Assembly (NCBI GenBank): GCA_016290875.1
Contig: JAEEVL010000019.1
Coordinates: 252 to 64,251 of the forward strand
Length of the DNA: 64,000 bases
Direction of reading: 5' to 3'
Source: Ruminococcus sp.
GTDB taxonomy: Bacteria; Bacillota; Clostridia; Oscillospirales; Ruminococcaceae
In this document: positions 47,306 to 57,600 of the stretch, piece after piece
How positions within the stretch are numbered: the stretch's first letter is position 1
Layout: every line of letters begins with the position of its first letter
Made by a program: the position numbers and the translations under genes
The notes under the pieces: generated by a model
Seen by the model: the letters and a program-made list of their open reading frames with translations, nothing else
Databases searched by the model: none
What the model was told of the DNA's origin: nothing

Positions 47306-48240
47306 AAAAGCACCTCTTGTTTATATTTTCTTTTGGATATCATAAGTTCATCAAGAAAAGCATTGTCAGTCTTGGTAAGTGCATAATTCTCGCTGCGGAT
47401 AAAAAAATCAATACTTTCTCTGCACATTCCTTCAACGTCTTTCTGGATGAGTTTATACTTTTTCAGTGTCTCCGGTGAAAGCGGAGGTATTATCATATAT
47501 GTGCCGCTGTTGCGCGAAACGAGCTCTGCCTGCGCCATACTGTCGCTGACGTAGATTATTTTTCCCGGAAGTTCATCGCTGACACTCCTAAGCTGTGACT
47601 CACTCACATAAGGTACGAAATTCTTTGACTGACGCACTTCAAAGAATGATCTCAGGTCGTCTTTAGTCAGTTTCTCACATTCCGCAAGGAAAGAATCTTC
47701 TGCAAACCCAGCCACACATTCAGCCTCACAGAGCGTCTCGGCAGTTAATGAGTGAAGATCGAAGAATCTGCGGAAATTATTATCATACTTCTTATCACAG
47801 CGGATAATTCCTATATGGCATTCGCTGTAAACTATCTTATTGATGATATCTTCGGTATCTGTTTCGATGTAATTGAATTCAATGTTCTTTTTGTCATTGT
47901 ACTTCTCGAGAAACTGTGTAAAAGCTTCCGATATATAATCAGCCCATGTTACAGCCAATGACATACGAAGCGAATGGCTCGTCACCTTTTCGCAGTAGCT
48001 CTCTATAAAATCGGTCTGACGCTTTATCTCTTCAGCATAACGGAATATCAGCTTTCCGTCGTGAGTCGCTATCATTCCTTTGGGTGTTCTGTTAAAGAGC
48101 TGGACATTCATTTCATCCTCAAGAGCAATTATCATCTTGCTCAGATTCGGTTGGCTGATGTACAGTTTCTCAGCAGCTTTCACGACTGAGCCATCTCTGC
48201 ACACTTCAAGAGCATAAAGAAGACCTTTATGATTTATCAT
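47302..48240 (-). CDS. LysR-family regulator
   Basis: GSVVKAAEKLYISQPNLSKMI..LEDEM..QLFNRT. Confidence 0.9.
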   Translation of the reverse strand: MINHKGLLYALEVCRDGSVVKAAEKLYISQPNLSKMIIALEDEMNVQLFNRTPKGMIATHDGKLIFRYAEEIKRQTDFIESYCEKVTSHSLRMSLAVTWADYISEAFTQFLEKYNDKKNIEFNYIETDTEDIINKIVYSECHIGIIRCDKKYDNNFRRFFDLHSLTAETLCEAECVAGFAEDSFLAECEKLTKDDLRSFFEVRQSKNFVPYVSESQLRSVSDELPGKIIYVSDSMAQAELVSRNSGTYMIIPPLSPETLKKYKLIQKDVEGMCRESIDFFIRSENYALTKTDNAFLDELMISKRKYKQEVLL

Positions 48241-48252
48241 ATTTATATTCTC

Positions 48253-49425
48253 CTAAAAATAACATACTTTTATACGCTTGCCCATTATCTTCAGACTCTC
48301 CGACAATCTCTGTACAAGCTGCATCTTCACATTAAAATTGATCGGCAGTTCAGCCCCCTGATGTGCGGGATTTACCGCCCTCCCTACATAGAAGTTTATA
48401 TCCGTAGCCTCTTCAAAGAGCATACGGCATATCTGTGAAGCGCCGTTATTATAGTGTTCCCACTCTTCAAAGAGTTTATTGTCAGAAATATGGTTCTCTG
48501 CGTATTCTATGACCTTGCTGATAGTTATCACGCCCTCAGTTACAAGATCTACACCCTCTATCTCAGCCGTAGGAGGAATGTCCTTGCTGGTAAAATTAAG
48601 ATTGGTCTTAATGGGCTTTCCAAGCCATTTTGCTGCGATAGATGCTGTCGTACCGCCGCATATGATATGCTTTCCGCTCTTTGAAAAGAACAGACTCATC
48701 ATCCTGTCGCAGTCATCACGGTTTGAAGGCGGACCAAATAGAAGATTCATCGGAACCCTCTTTCGTATCTTCACCACACAGGCAGAAGTATCATCGCCGG
48801 GCTTTTCGCCGTAGAGCCGGTAACATTCCTCTACGAGCATGGTAGATAGCGTCTTTGCGGTGTATCCCACAGATACAAGGCCTTCCATATATTTAGCTAT
48901 ATCCTCTTGCTTCCAGCCAAAATTAAATGCAGAACCTATCCCTGCATGAGGACATCCGTCACTCATACAGACAAAAATATCGTTATCCCTTACTTGCAAG
49001 ACCGAATTATATATCTTTTTGCCGCCTATACTAAGTTCTGTTTCGGGATAGCTGACAGCATCACCGTTCCGGATAAGTATGATATGAGGGTTATCATACT
49101 GGATAAGCTCCACTATATTGTCCTTTTTCAGGTTGATAATTGTAAAAGTCGAGTAAGCAACACCTCTCAGTTTATCTACCGGAAGAGTATCAGCAATAGT
49201 CTCGACACATTCTTCTATCGGCAGTCCCTCAACAATCATAGTGGATATTATTTTTGATGTGAGTGTTGAGAGTATACTTGCCTTAACGCCGCTTCCGAGA
49301 CCGTCCGCAAGCACTATTACAGACCTTCCATCAGGCTTTTCTATGACTTCAACGTGGTCACCGCATAACTGCTCGCCGTGATGATTTATGCTTTTCCAGC
49401 CTATTTCAGCACAAAGTTCATTCAT
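48253..49425 (-). CDS. SpoIIE/PP2C-like Ser/Thr phosphatase (HfsC-like)
   Basis: CGD, LADGLGSG, SDG, PGDDTS motifs; adjacent to hydS. Confidence 0.85.
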   Translation of the reverse strand: MNELCAEIGWKSINHHGEQLCGDHVEVIEKPDGRSVIVLADGLGSGVKASILSTLTSKIISTMIVEGLPIEECVETIADTLPVDKLRGVAYSTFTIINLKKDNIVELIQYDNPHIILIRNGDAVSYPETELSIGGKKIYNSVLQVRDNDIFVCMSDGCPHAGIGSAFNFGWKQEDIAKYMEGLVSVGYTAKTLSTMLVEECYRLYGEKPGDDTSACVVKIRKRVPMNLLFGPPSNRDDCDRMMSLFFSKSGKHIICGGTTASIAAKWLGKPIKTNLNFTSKDIPPTAEIEGVDLVTEGVITISKVIEYAENHISDNKLFEEWEHYNNGASQICRMLFEEATDINFYVGRAVNPAHQGAELPINFNVKMQLVQRLSESLKIMGKRIKVCYF

Positions 49426-51094
49426 CGGAAATCGACTCCTTCAGTTTAGAAAGCGCTATCTTTGTTTCGGCAGCTGTTTCACCAAGCAGAGAAGCTATTT
49501 CCTGCACTATCCTCATCTGCTTTTCAACAACTTTATCTGCGACCTCGATGGTCTGACGGGTAATGTCTTCTTTTTTCTCACGCTGTTTCTCTTCATATGT
49601 CACATCATGCATAAGGCAAATGAGAAGATTGCTGCCCTTGTCGGGAACAATAGTCTGCTCAATATACCTGTTATACTCTGCAAGATATGTACGCGAATTG
49701 TATATGCCCTTTCCGGTATTCTGTACTTCAAGGAACGGCATAGGATCGAGTATCCTCTCAACCTGTTCACCGAGTATATCGGTCGCATAGCGTATATTTA
49801 CGATTTTCTGCGCAGCTTGGTTTATCTGCTGCACTTCAAGCATATCATTGAGAACTATTATGCCGTTAGGAGTATATCTTGAGATAAGATCCGAGAAATT
49901 CTCTGCTTTTTCCTTGAGGAACGGCAGACACATCGATACTTCCGCCTTTCCCTGATAAATAGCAATAGCTTTTTCACGGCAGCTGTTATAGCCGCAGCTT
50001 CCGCAGTTCAGTTCCTGTTCCGGATCTGTTTTTCCCATCTGCCGCAGTATATCCTCTATCTCCCTCTCATTCGGGGTATTATTTTTCTGTGTGATATATG
50101 CAAAGCTCTTATGCATCTGAGCTGTAGCCGGCTGACAGACTTCAAAATCCTCTTTACCTGCATATGCCGATACAGACTTGTACGACTGTATCGGTGTCTT
50201 ATGATGCTTTTCCATTACCGGACCGCCTATGCAGCTTCCAGTACAGGCAGACATTTCAATAAAACAGCTGTGTATATTTCCGTCCTCAATATCACGCAGC
50301 GCATTGATACAATTCTCTATCCCGTCAATAGCGTGATACGTGTAATACGGCTCATAACATGACATAGTCTTGAGTATTCCGCCTGTTGTCGGGAAAAATC
50401 TTGCCCGGCTCCTGTTGTCGGGAACTGTACCGTATTCGAGCTTTATATCTTCATCTTTCAGCCAGTTTGAAAGCTCCTCGAAAGTCAGCACAGCATCAAC
50501 AATATCTCCGTAAGCCTCGGCTTCGTCCTTTTTCGACACACAAGGTCCTATGAAAACTGTTTTAGCTTCAGGCATCCTGCGCTTTATATCGGCACAATGA
50601 GCCTGCATAGGCGACATAACATCCGCAAGGTAAGGCAGCAGATTCGGGAAATATTTCTGTATCAGCAGGTTTACCGAATGACAGCATGACGAAATCAGTA
50701 TATCTCTTTTTTCCTCATGAAGCAGACGTTCATACTCATTCTTCACAAGTGTCGCGCCTATTGCCGTTTCCTCAGCATCGAAGAATCCGAGTTTTTTCAA
50801 AGCTTTCCGTATATTTTCAATACCGCATCCGTCATAATTGGCAATAAATGAGGGAGCTATGCTTGCCAAAACCGGAGCGCCGCTCATGAGCAATACCTTG
50901 ACTTTTTCCGTACTGTCAGCGATTTCCTTCGCATTCTGTGGACAGACTACAAAGCACTGTCCGCAGAGTATACATTCTTCACTTATGATGTGCGCCTGAT
51001 TGCCCGAAAAACGTATCGATTTTACAGGACAATGACGAATACATTTGTAACAGTTCTTGCAGTTGGATTTTTTTAAAGTAAGTGAGTGTGCCAT
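49418..51094 (-). CDS. hydS: Group C PAS-domain sensory [FeFe]-hydrogenase (HydS/HfsB)
   Basis: N-terminal 2x4Fe-4S; SSCCHSV, GPCVSKKDE, EMSACTGSCIGG; NCGSCGY..C FeS domain; PAS-like C-terminus. Confidence 0.88.
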   Translation of the reverse strand: MAHSLTLKKSNCKNCYKCIRHCPVKSIRFSGNQAHIISEECILCGQCFVVCPQNAKEIADSTEKVKVLLMSGAPVLASIAPSFIANYDGCGIENIRKALKKLGFFDAEETAIGATLVKNEYERLLHEEKRDILISSCCHSVNLLIQKYFPNLLPYLADVMSPMQAHCADIKRRMPEAKTVFIGPCVSKKDEAEAYGDIVDAVLTFEELSNWLKDEDIKLEYGTVPDNRSRARFFPTTGGILKTMSCYEPYYTYHAIDGIENCINALRDIEDGNIHSCFIEMSACTGSCIGGPVMEKHHKTPIQSYKSVSAYAGKEDFEVCQPATAQMHKSFAYITQKNNTPNEREIEDILRQMGKTDPEQELNCGSCGYNSCREKAIAIYQGKAEVSMCLPFLKEKAENFSDLISRYTPNGIIVLNDMLEVQQINQAAQKIVNIRYATDILGEQVERILDPMPFLEVQNTGKGIYNSRTYLAEYNRYIEQTIVPDKGSNLLICLMHDVTYEEKQREKKEDITRQTIEVADKVVEKQMRIVQEIASLLGETAAETKIALSKLKESISDE

Positions 51095-51340
51095 TTACTT
51101 CACCACCCTTGTTCTTACCTCAGTATCAAAGAATCGACAGACAGTATCTGGAGAGACGGAGAAAAACTCCTTATCTATCGTAACACATACGCCCTGCTGA
51201 CATTTGCCCATACAAAAACTGCCGCAGAGTTCGATGTCATTTTCAAGATGCTCATCAGCAATTATCTGCTGAAGCTTTTCAACTACCATTCTCGAACCCT
51301 TGATGTGACAGGATGAGCCTATGCATATTGTTATTTTCAT
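51095..51340 (-). CDS. Thioredoxin-like 2Fe-2S protein (HfsA-like)
   Basis: CIGSSCHIKG...FCMGKC. Confidence 0.85.
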   Translation of the reverse strand: MKITICIGSSCHIKGSRMVVEKLQQIIADEHLENDIELCGSFCMGKCQQGVCVTIDKEFFSVSPDTVCRFFDTEVRTRVVK

Positions 51341-52104
51341 ATATTACCTCCATTTCTGCCGATCAGACTATGAACATGATCAAGCAGGAATTGTCTTGTG
51401 TTTCCGAAATATCCCATTGAAAGAGTAACTGATGCAAGGGGCATCCATTTTACTATTTCTTCCGAAGCAATCGAATATTTGTCGTATACCGTATCAAGGT
51501 AGTATCTTACAGCCTGATTGTTACCGTCAGCAAGAAGCGAAATACAGGTCGCTGCATGGCCGTAGCAAACATCGCCCTGAGACGCATATTCCCAATCTAT
51601 GATATAGGGCGTTCCGTCCCTTGTAATGACTATATTCTGCGGTATAAGTTCACCGTGAAGGAGCTCTTCCTTCTGTGGGAACGAATTCAGCAGGTCAGTC
51701 AGTTCATTCTGTTCTTGTTCACTCAAATCACTCTTGGCAAGGCTGTCTGAGATAAACTCCTTCAATAGTCTTATAGAAGCTTTCTTCTGTGATATCTTAT
51801 ACTGTGCATCTGCTAATATCTCCGAAAACTTCTCACATTCATCGGGATAGGAACTTATCATATCTGCAAGCGATCTGCCGGGTATATATTCAAACACAAT
51901 AGCTGTTTTACCGTTTATCTCGGTGACTTGCTCAACTTTTGGGACTTTGAGCCCGATAGACCGCATAAGAGTCTGTATATAAGCTTCACGGTATATCTCT
52001 GGCTGAGAGTATCCGTTTTCAAATACCTTGACAGAGCAGCTGCCATCACGGTAAATAGTCTTATTATTTCTCACAGCGATTATCCTGTCGAGATTCATTA
52101 TCAT
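51337..52104 (-). CDS. APH/choline-kinase-fold phosphotransferase
   Basis: LHGELIPQNI (HGD->HGE variant), IIDWE. Confidence 0.7.
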   Translation of the reverse strand: MIMNLDRIIAVRNNKTIYRDGSCSVKVFENGYSQPEIYREAYIQTLMRSIGLKVPKVEQVTEINGKTAIVFEYIPGRSLADMISSYPDECEKFSEILADAQYKISQKKASIRLLKEFISDSLAKSDLSEQEQNELTDLLNSFPQKEELLHGELIPQNIVITRDGTPYIIDWEYASQGDVCYGHAATCISLLADGNNQAVRYYLDTVYDKYSIASEEIVKWMPLASVTLSMGYFGNTRQFLLDHVHSLIGRNGGNI

Positions 52105-52211
52105 TCCTCACTTTCCCTGTTTCAGTTATGCAGTTATTCAAACTCCGGCTACATTATTTCTAACCTTATCCACAGAAATAATATGATGACAAAACCAACA
52201 GCAATCTATCA

Positions 52212-52229
52212 TTGTTAATTTTTTGTCAA
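52212..52229. promoter_or_regulatory. Rex-like operator
   Basis: TTGTTAA-TTTT-TTGTCAA vs Firmicute consensus TTGTTAANNNNTTAACAA (2 mismatches), upstream of the hydS-ldh operon. Confidence 0.55.
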
Positions 52230-52386
52230 TTATACCTATGAATTCTTTCTACAAACACCTTAAATCGCTGAAGTCAAATTTACTGCACCTGTTTTACAAG
52301 TTCAGGACAGCGAAGCTTGGCGAACCTTGTTTTATAATGACATCCATTCCTTCTGTTAACATTATATCAAGGAATTGTTAGCTTTG

Positions 52387-52419
52387 GAATAATCAAAAAA
52401 GTATATCTATGTTATCATT
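52387..52419 (-). promoter_or_regulatory. Putative LysR operator abutting -35 of kinase-hfsA-hydS promoter
   Basis: Matches 46314-46346; minus-strand TTCCAA-N17-TATAAT directly downstream. Confidence 0.6.
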
Positions 52420-52486
52420 ATTGATATGTATAGATTTGATTTACAACTGCACTAAAAAAAGCCGCAGATAAACTGCGGCTGAAGAC

Positions 52487-53401
52487 TTAAAGATATTTTC
52501 GTTTTGATTTACAGAGCTCTGTAATAAAGAGGTTATCAAGGTCTGACAAGTTGTAATCATTCCTGTAAATAAGAACATCCTTATATACTTTATCATTATC
52601 AGGACATTCCCTCTGAACGAGTCCGAAGCGTTCTATCGTCTTATCTGTTATTGGCGATACCCAAATAAAAGTTTCGGCATTTTCTGAAAGCAGTTCAAAC
52701 TGACTTCCTCTTTCAAAAACAAATATGCGTCGGGTTATGGTATCGGCAAGCTCTTCATGTATTACTTCCGACTGAGAAAGTGACGGAACATACGGATCAG
52801 CATGAGCTATTTCGATATAATTTGAGAGGTCACTGAAATGTATCTCATCAAGTTGCGCAAGCGGACATTCCTTTCCCATAATCAGCACATATTTAAACTC
52901 AGAAACCACCTCGTAATGAAGTCCTTTATCATCGAACAGCGTCTTGAAGTATTTATCGTAGTTTGCGGCGTAGCGAACTATTCCAAGCTTGTATTCCGAT
53001 GACAGTACATTTTTAATAGCAAGTGAAGAGTTTGTCTCTTTGTAAAATACTTCCGTCTCTTCCTTGCCTATGAGATTTGAGAATTTTACAAATGCATCTG
53101 AGATATATGTGGCTCTCGGTGTACAGACAGAGAATTTGTGCTTCTTACCCTCTCTGTATATTTTTTCAACATCGCTTATCTGAGCTAATATTCGCTTAGC
53201 ATAGCCTATAAATTCATCGCCCTCAGGAGTAAGTGTCATGCCTTTACGGGTACGCTCAAATATTGTAATGCCGAGATCAGCTTCAAGTTCCTTTATTGAA
53301 CGGCTAAGATTCGGCTGTGCAATGAGTAGTATTTCCGATGCCTTGTTTATCGAACCGGTATCTGCAACTTTTACAGCGTATTTCATATGAAGAACATTCA
53401 T
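52487..53401 (-). CDS. LysR-family regulator
   Basis: GSINKASEILLIAQPNLSRSIKELEADLGITIFERT; terminator at ~52454-52480. Confidence 0.92.
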   Translation of the reverse strand: MNVLHMKYAVKVADTGSINKASEILLIAQPNLSRSIKELEADLGITIFERTRKGMTLTPEGDEFIGYAKRILAQISDVEKIYREGKKHKFSVCTPRATYISDAFVKFSNLIGKEETEVFYKETNSSLAIKNVLSSEYKLGIVRYAANYDKYFKTLFDDKGLHYEVVSEFKYVLIMGKECPLAQLDEIHFSDLSNYIEIAHADPYVPSLSQSEVIHEELADTITRRIFVFERGSQFELLSENAETFIWVSPITDKTIERFGLVQRECPDNDKVYKDVLIYRNDYNLSDLDNLFITELCKSKRKYL

Positions 53402-53548
53402 ATAGTTCCCTCCGCTAAAAAGATTTTTACAGTATTATAACATATAATTCTTAAAATAGCAACTGACTGCACCTTTTTTATCTTTTATCAGCTGCTTTTG
53501 TAAAAAAATAGTCACAGGAGCATTTCTGTTCCTGTGACTATTATAATA

Positions 53549-53677
53549 TTAACTCCGATTCAAAAGTCGAGTCTTTGACTTGCTCTGTAAGGGTAAATAG
53601 TATCCCATTAAACCAATCAAACAATCGCCAAACTGGTCAGCGCAGATATAAAGCGGTTTATTATCATCTTTTTCATT
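53549..53677 (-). CDS. 42-aa small ORF, unannotated
   Basis: TTGACA-N17-TATCTT promoter (53732-53760), AGGAGG RBS, terminator 53502-53541. Confidence 0.6.
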   Translation of the reverse strand, partial: NEKDDNKPLYICADQFGDCLIGLMGYYLPLQSKSKTRLLNRS

Positions 53678-53928
53678 GTATCCTCCTAAAACGGAACTTT
53701 GATTTCTCAGATGCTATTTAGGTTCATCTTCAAGATAGCATAGAATAATCTAATTGTCAATTGTTATTTGTGTTAACATTGAAACAACGCAGCATTGCTA
53801 GTGTTATAATATTTATTTAACGTTCACTATCTGCATTTTTTGACTAAATTATATGTATCATTTCTTGGCAGTTTTGGTTAAGAAAAAAAAAAGCCGCCTC
53901 ATATGAGACGGCGAAATATCTATTACTA

Positions 53929-54600
53929 TTATAGTGGATGCTCTTTATTTAGCTTTTTAATATATTCTCTTGCTACTTCTAGTTCAGCACTTGTCATTTT
54001 ATCAATTGCAAGTGCAATTTCAACTCTCGACATTTTCGAAAGTTTTTCACAAAAATCATTTGAAACTGTACCATTTATCTTATCGAAGTTTTCTTTATAC
54101 CATTTCTGATATGCAGACTTTGTATTTAATCGCTCGGCCCTTTGCGCATTAGAATCATCAGGTGGCATTATCTCCGCGTTGATAATCATGTTACGTCTTT
54201 TTTTTCTATCTCCGAATACATTTTCCTTATCAAGAGTTTTCATTACCTTTTCCATAAGAGAAAGCCAGTACTCTATTTCGGTGTCATAATCCCCTTCAGA
54301 GACGTCATTCATTCTCTCACAAAAGACCTTGTCAATCTCATTAAAGTATTTCTCAAACCCATATCCACAATATGGAGAATCTGCATATGACCATTTGAGC
54401 TCCTCAACAGAATAGTTACCATCATTCTTATTCACTACTTCATTAAGAGCTTCTTTAGAAAATGCAGAAATAAACGGAGTTGCTCCTTCTGATAGGATTA
54501 AAGTGCAGTAATAAAACTCTTCGTTATGCTCATTAAACAATGCCTCAAATCCGTTTCTTGATGCTTCAAGCAGCAAATCGAAGTTTCCAACTTTACTCAT
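53929..54600 (-). CDS. DUF4303-like putative immunity protein
   Basis: ATGA overlap with toxin stop; EEFYYCTLI...ELKWSYADSPY pattern; acidic, AT-rich. Confidence 0.7.
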   Translation of the reverse strand: MSKVGNFDLLLEASRNGFEALFNEHNEEFYYCTLILSEGATPFISAFSKEALNEVVNKNDGNYSVEELKWSYADSPYCGYGFEKYFNEIDKVFCERMNDVSEGDYDTEIEYWLSLMEKVMKTLDKENVFGDRKKRRNMIINAEIMPPDDSNAQRAERLNTKSAYQKWYKENFDKINGTVSNDFCEKLSKMSRVEIALAIDKMTSAELEVAREYIKKLNKEHPL

Positions 54601-57600
54601 ACATTATAATTTCCTCCTACTACTTGTTTACCAATAGCTCTCAATGTACTTAACAAAGCATTTTTAATAGTATTATTGTCACTACCTTCCAAATCTTTCA
54701 CCACTTTTGAAAGCCTATTATAAACTCTTGTATGGAAATCTCTTGTGTGTGTTTTGCCATGGGGATTTGGATGACCTAAAGGTACACCATTTGCAGCATC
54801 ATCAACATCTATACCAAACAATTCTAATAACGCTCTTGATTTTGCTGCGTTTTCCCAATGTCCTTTTTCTCCACCAGATGCAACAATATGTGCAGCAGCC
54901 TGTCCTTGACCAACAGGTCGACCATCTTTTTCAAGATTCTCCCTTAGCTTTTGTGAATGTTCAGAACAAGTATTATGTATGAGAATACCGTTATCACCAA
55001 CAAAATAAGTATGCGAATCAGCAACTTCAAGATTATAAACTCTGATAGGCTTTCCAAACCTTTCAAACTCTGAACCTGTTACAATAGCAATATCGCCGCT
55101 TTCAAGATAAAGCTCATCGCCTTTGTTAAGGTCACCTGCTGCTACCCAACCCTTTCCTATAACATAGAACGGATGATTTGTTGTAGTGTCGATATCATCA
55201 GCAGTTGTGTACAGATGTAATATCTCGTCACACTCATGAACGAACACAGTAGTAACTTCTTTAAGCTCTGTCTTGCCTGTATTGATGTCAAATGACCATA
55301 CCTTTTCGCCAACCTCTATTTCTTCGATACGCTTCTGACCGTTTTCAGTAGCTACAAGAGTATCACCTGTAAAGCAGTTATCAGAAAGTGCAAGCAATGA
55401 AACAATAAGATGTACAGTACCTGTGATAACCGATATCCAGTCGCCATTCTTGGCAGCATTAACAATTGCTGTACACTCTGTAACATAGCCATTGGCAAGT
55501 ATTAGTCCTCTTAATATAGGACCTAAGTGTTTGATATCACACATTTTTTTCAAAAAGAAGCCTGAAATAATACCTGCTGCAATACCAAGTATAATATCCA
55601 CAGCATCTGCATCAGGATCTGTAAGCCATGAAACAACCTGTCTACCAATATCAATTATTGTTGCCAGCTTATCGATAAGCTCGATAGTTTCCTTCATTTC
55701 CTTATAGATCTTAACGATCTTGAGGTTCTGCGCTTTATCGAGGATACCGTTTATTGCGTCTGCGACACTGAACTCAGCAAGTGAGAAGTATCCAGTCGGG
55801 TCGCTGTTTGTAACAGGGTTTGCATTAGCGTAGAGGTACTTATGGAGCGATACAGGATCGAATATAGAGCCCTGATATGTATCCATAGTTGTGAATGTAC
55901 CTGTTGCAGGATCCATATATCTCGCTCTGAGGTAATAGAAGCCTGTTGCTGTGTCGTACTGTTCACCGCAGTAGAGGTAATTGTTTTCTGTAACACCATT
56001 TGAGGATATCATTACGCCCCATGCATCGAAGTCGTAAGTATCTGTTACAGCACCACTCTTATCTGTAAGCATTCTTACTGAGCCGTGACCGTCTGCGATG
56101 TAATATGAGATGTTGCTGCTGCGCTCCTGAGAGATAAGGTCTGCTCCGAGTGTGTAGTAGCACTCTTCGTTATTTGACTTATCTGTTTCAGCAAGAACAT
56201 TTGTAAGGTTTCCGCTGAGGTCATTCAGATAGTAGGTGTAGTCGTTCTCAGACTTCTTTACTGTTCTGTTGCCTGCGTAGTCATACTCATATTCCTCAAC
56301 TGCTACACTGTTGCCCTTCTGTGTTGTTGCACGGATGAGCTTATTAGCTGCGTTGTAAGCATATGTTGTTTCTGAATCAGACTCCTTCTTGGATATGAGG
56401 TTGCCTGCTTTATCATATGCGTATTCTGTGTCGTTTTCCTTCAGAAGCTGATTGAGGGCATTATAAGTGTAAGATGTCTTCTTGCCGTTTTCAACCTTTG
56501 AAGTGCGGTTGCTTACATTATCGTAAGTATAAGCTATCTGTGTTACTGAGTTGTCAGACTTTGTTATCTTCTCACTTGTAAGTCTGTAGAGCTCATCGTA
56601 GGTATACTCAACTGTGCGTGCGAGTTCAGTTACCTTGAGACGCTCACCTGCCTTACCAAGTGTGTATTCGTACTTTGAAACTGTATTTCCGTCCTTGTCA
56701 ACAGCTGTTTCGCTTGTAAGACGGTTGAGCTTATCGTACTTGTAGGAAACTGTTACTCCGTTTGCATAGTTAAGTGCAGTGCGGTTTCCGTTAGCATCGT
56801 AGCTGTATGTTGTTACGTTGCCGTTTCTGTCAGTTACCTTTACAAGACGGTCAAGTGCGTCGTATCCATAGGATGTTGTACCGTAAGCTGTTGTTACATC
56901 AGTCAGTCTGCCTGTCTCGTCATATGTGTACTCAACAGAAGTTCCGTTAGGATAGCTTACCTTGATAAGCTCATCCATATCGCTGTATGTGAAGCTTGTA
57001 GTACCGTAGCTGTCTCTTGCAGAGATTAGCTTACCGTCCTTTGAATATGTGTATGTGACAGTTCTGTCATCGTTCTTTTCAGAGATGAGTCTGCCGTCAG
57101 CATCGTATGTGTACTCTGTGAGCTTTCCTGCGAAATCTGTGGATGTTAGGACGTTGCCAAGTGCATCATATGTCATTTCAGCGGTCTGTCCAAGAGCGTT
57201 TTCAACTCTTGTTACTCTGCTGAAATCATCGTATGAATAGTTAGTAACATTGTCGTTTGCATCCTTAACAGCTATAAGGTTGCCGATCTCGTTGTATGTG
57301 TACTCTGTAACATTTCCGAGAGCATCTTCAACAGATGTGAGTCTGTCACCGTTGTCATAGCTGTATTTTGTAACATTGCCGTTCTGATCTGTCTGTGAAG
57401 CAAGTCTGCCTCTTTCGTCATATGACGAAGCTGTTTCTGAACCGTCGGGATATTCTGTCTTGATCTTGTTGCCGGCATTGTCGTATGAATACTTATAGAC
57501 ATTGCCCTTTGCATCTGTCATGGATGCAAGCTGTGACTTATCGCTGTAAGCAAATTCTGTTCTGTTGCCTAAAGCATCAATGATAGCAGTATTTCTGTTT

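Noticed and set aside
53760-53780. Rex box TGTTA-N7-TAACA
   Set aside because: Half-site spacing is one base off the consensus and it is not upstream of a redox gene
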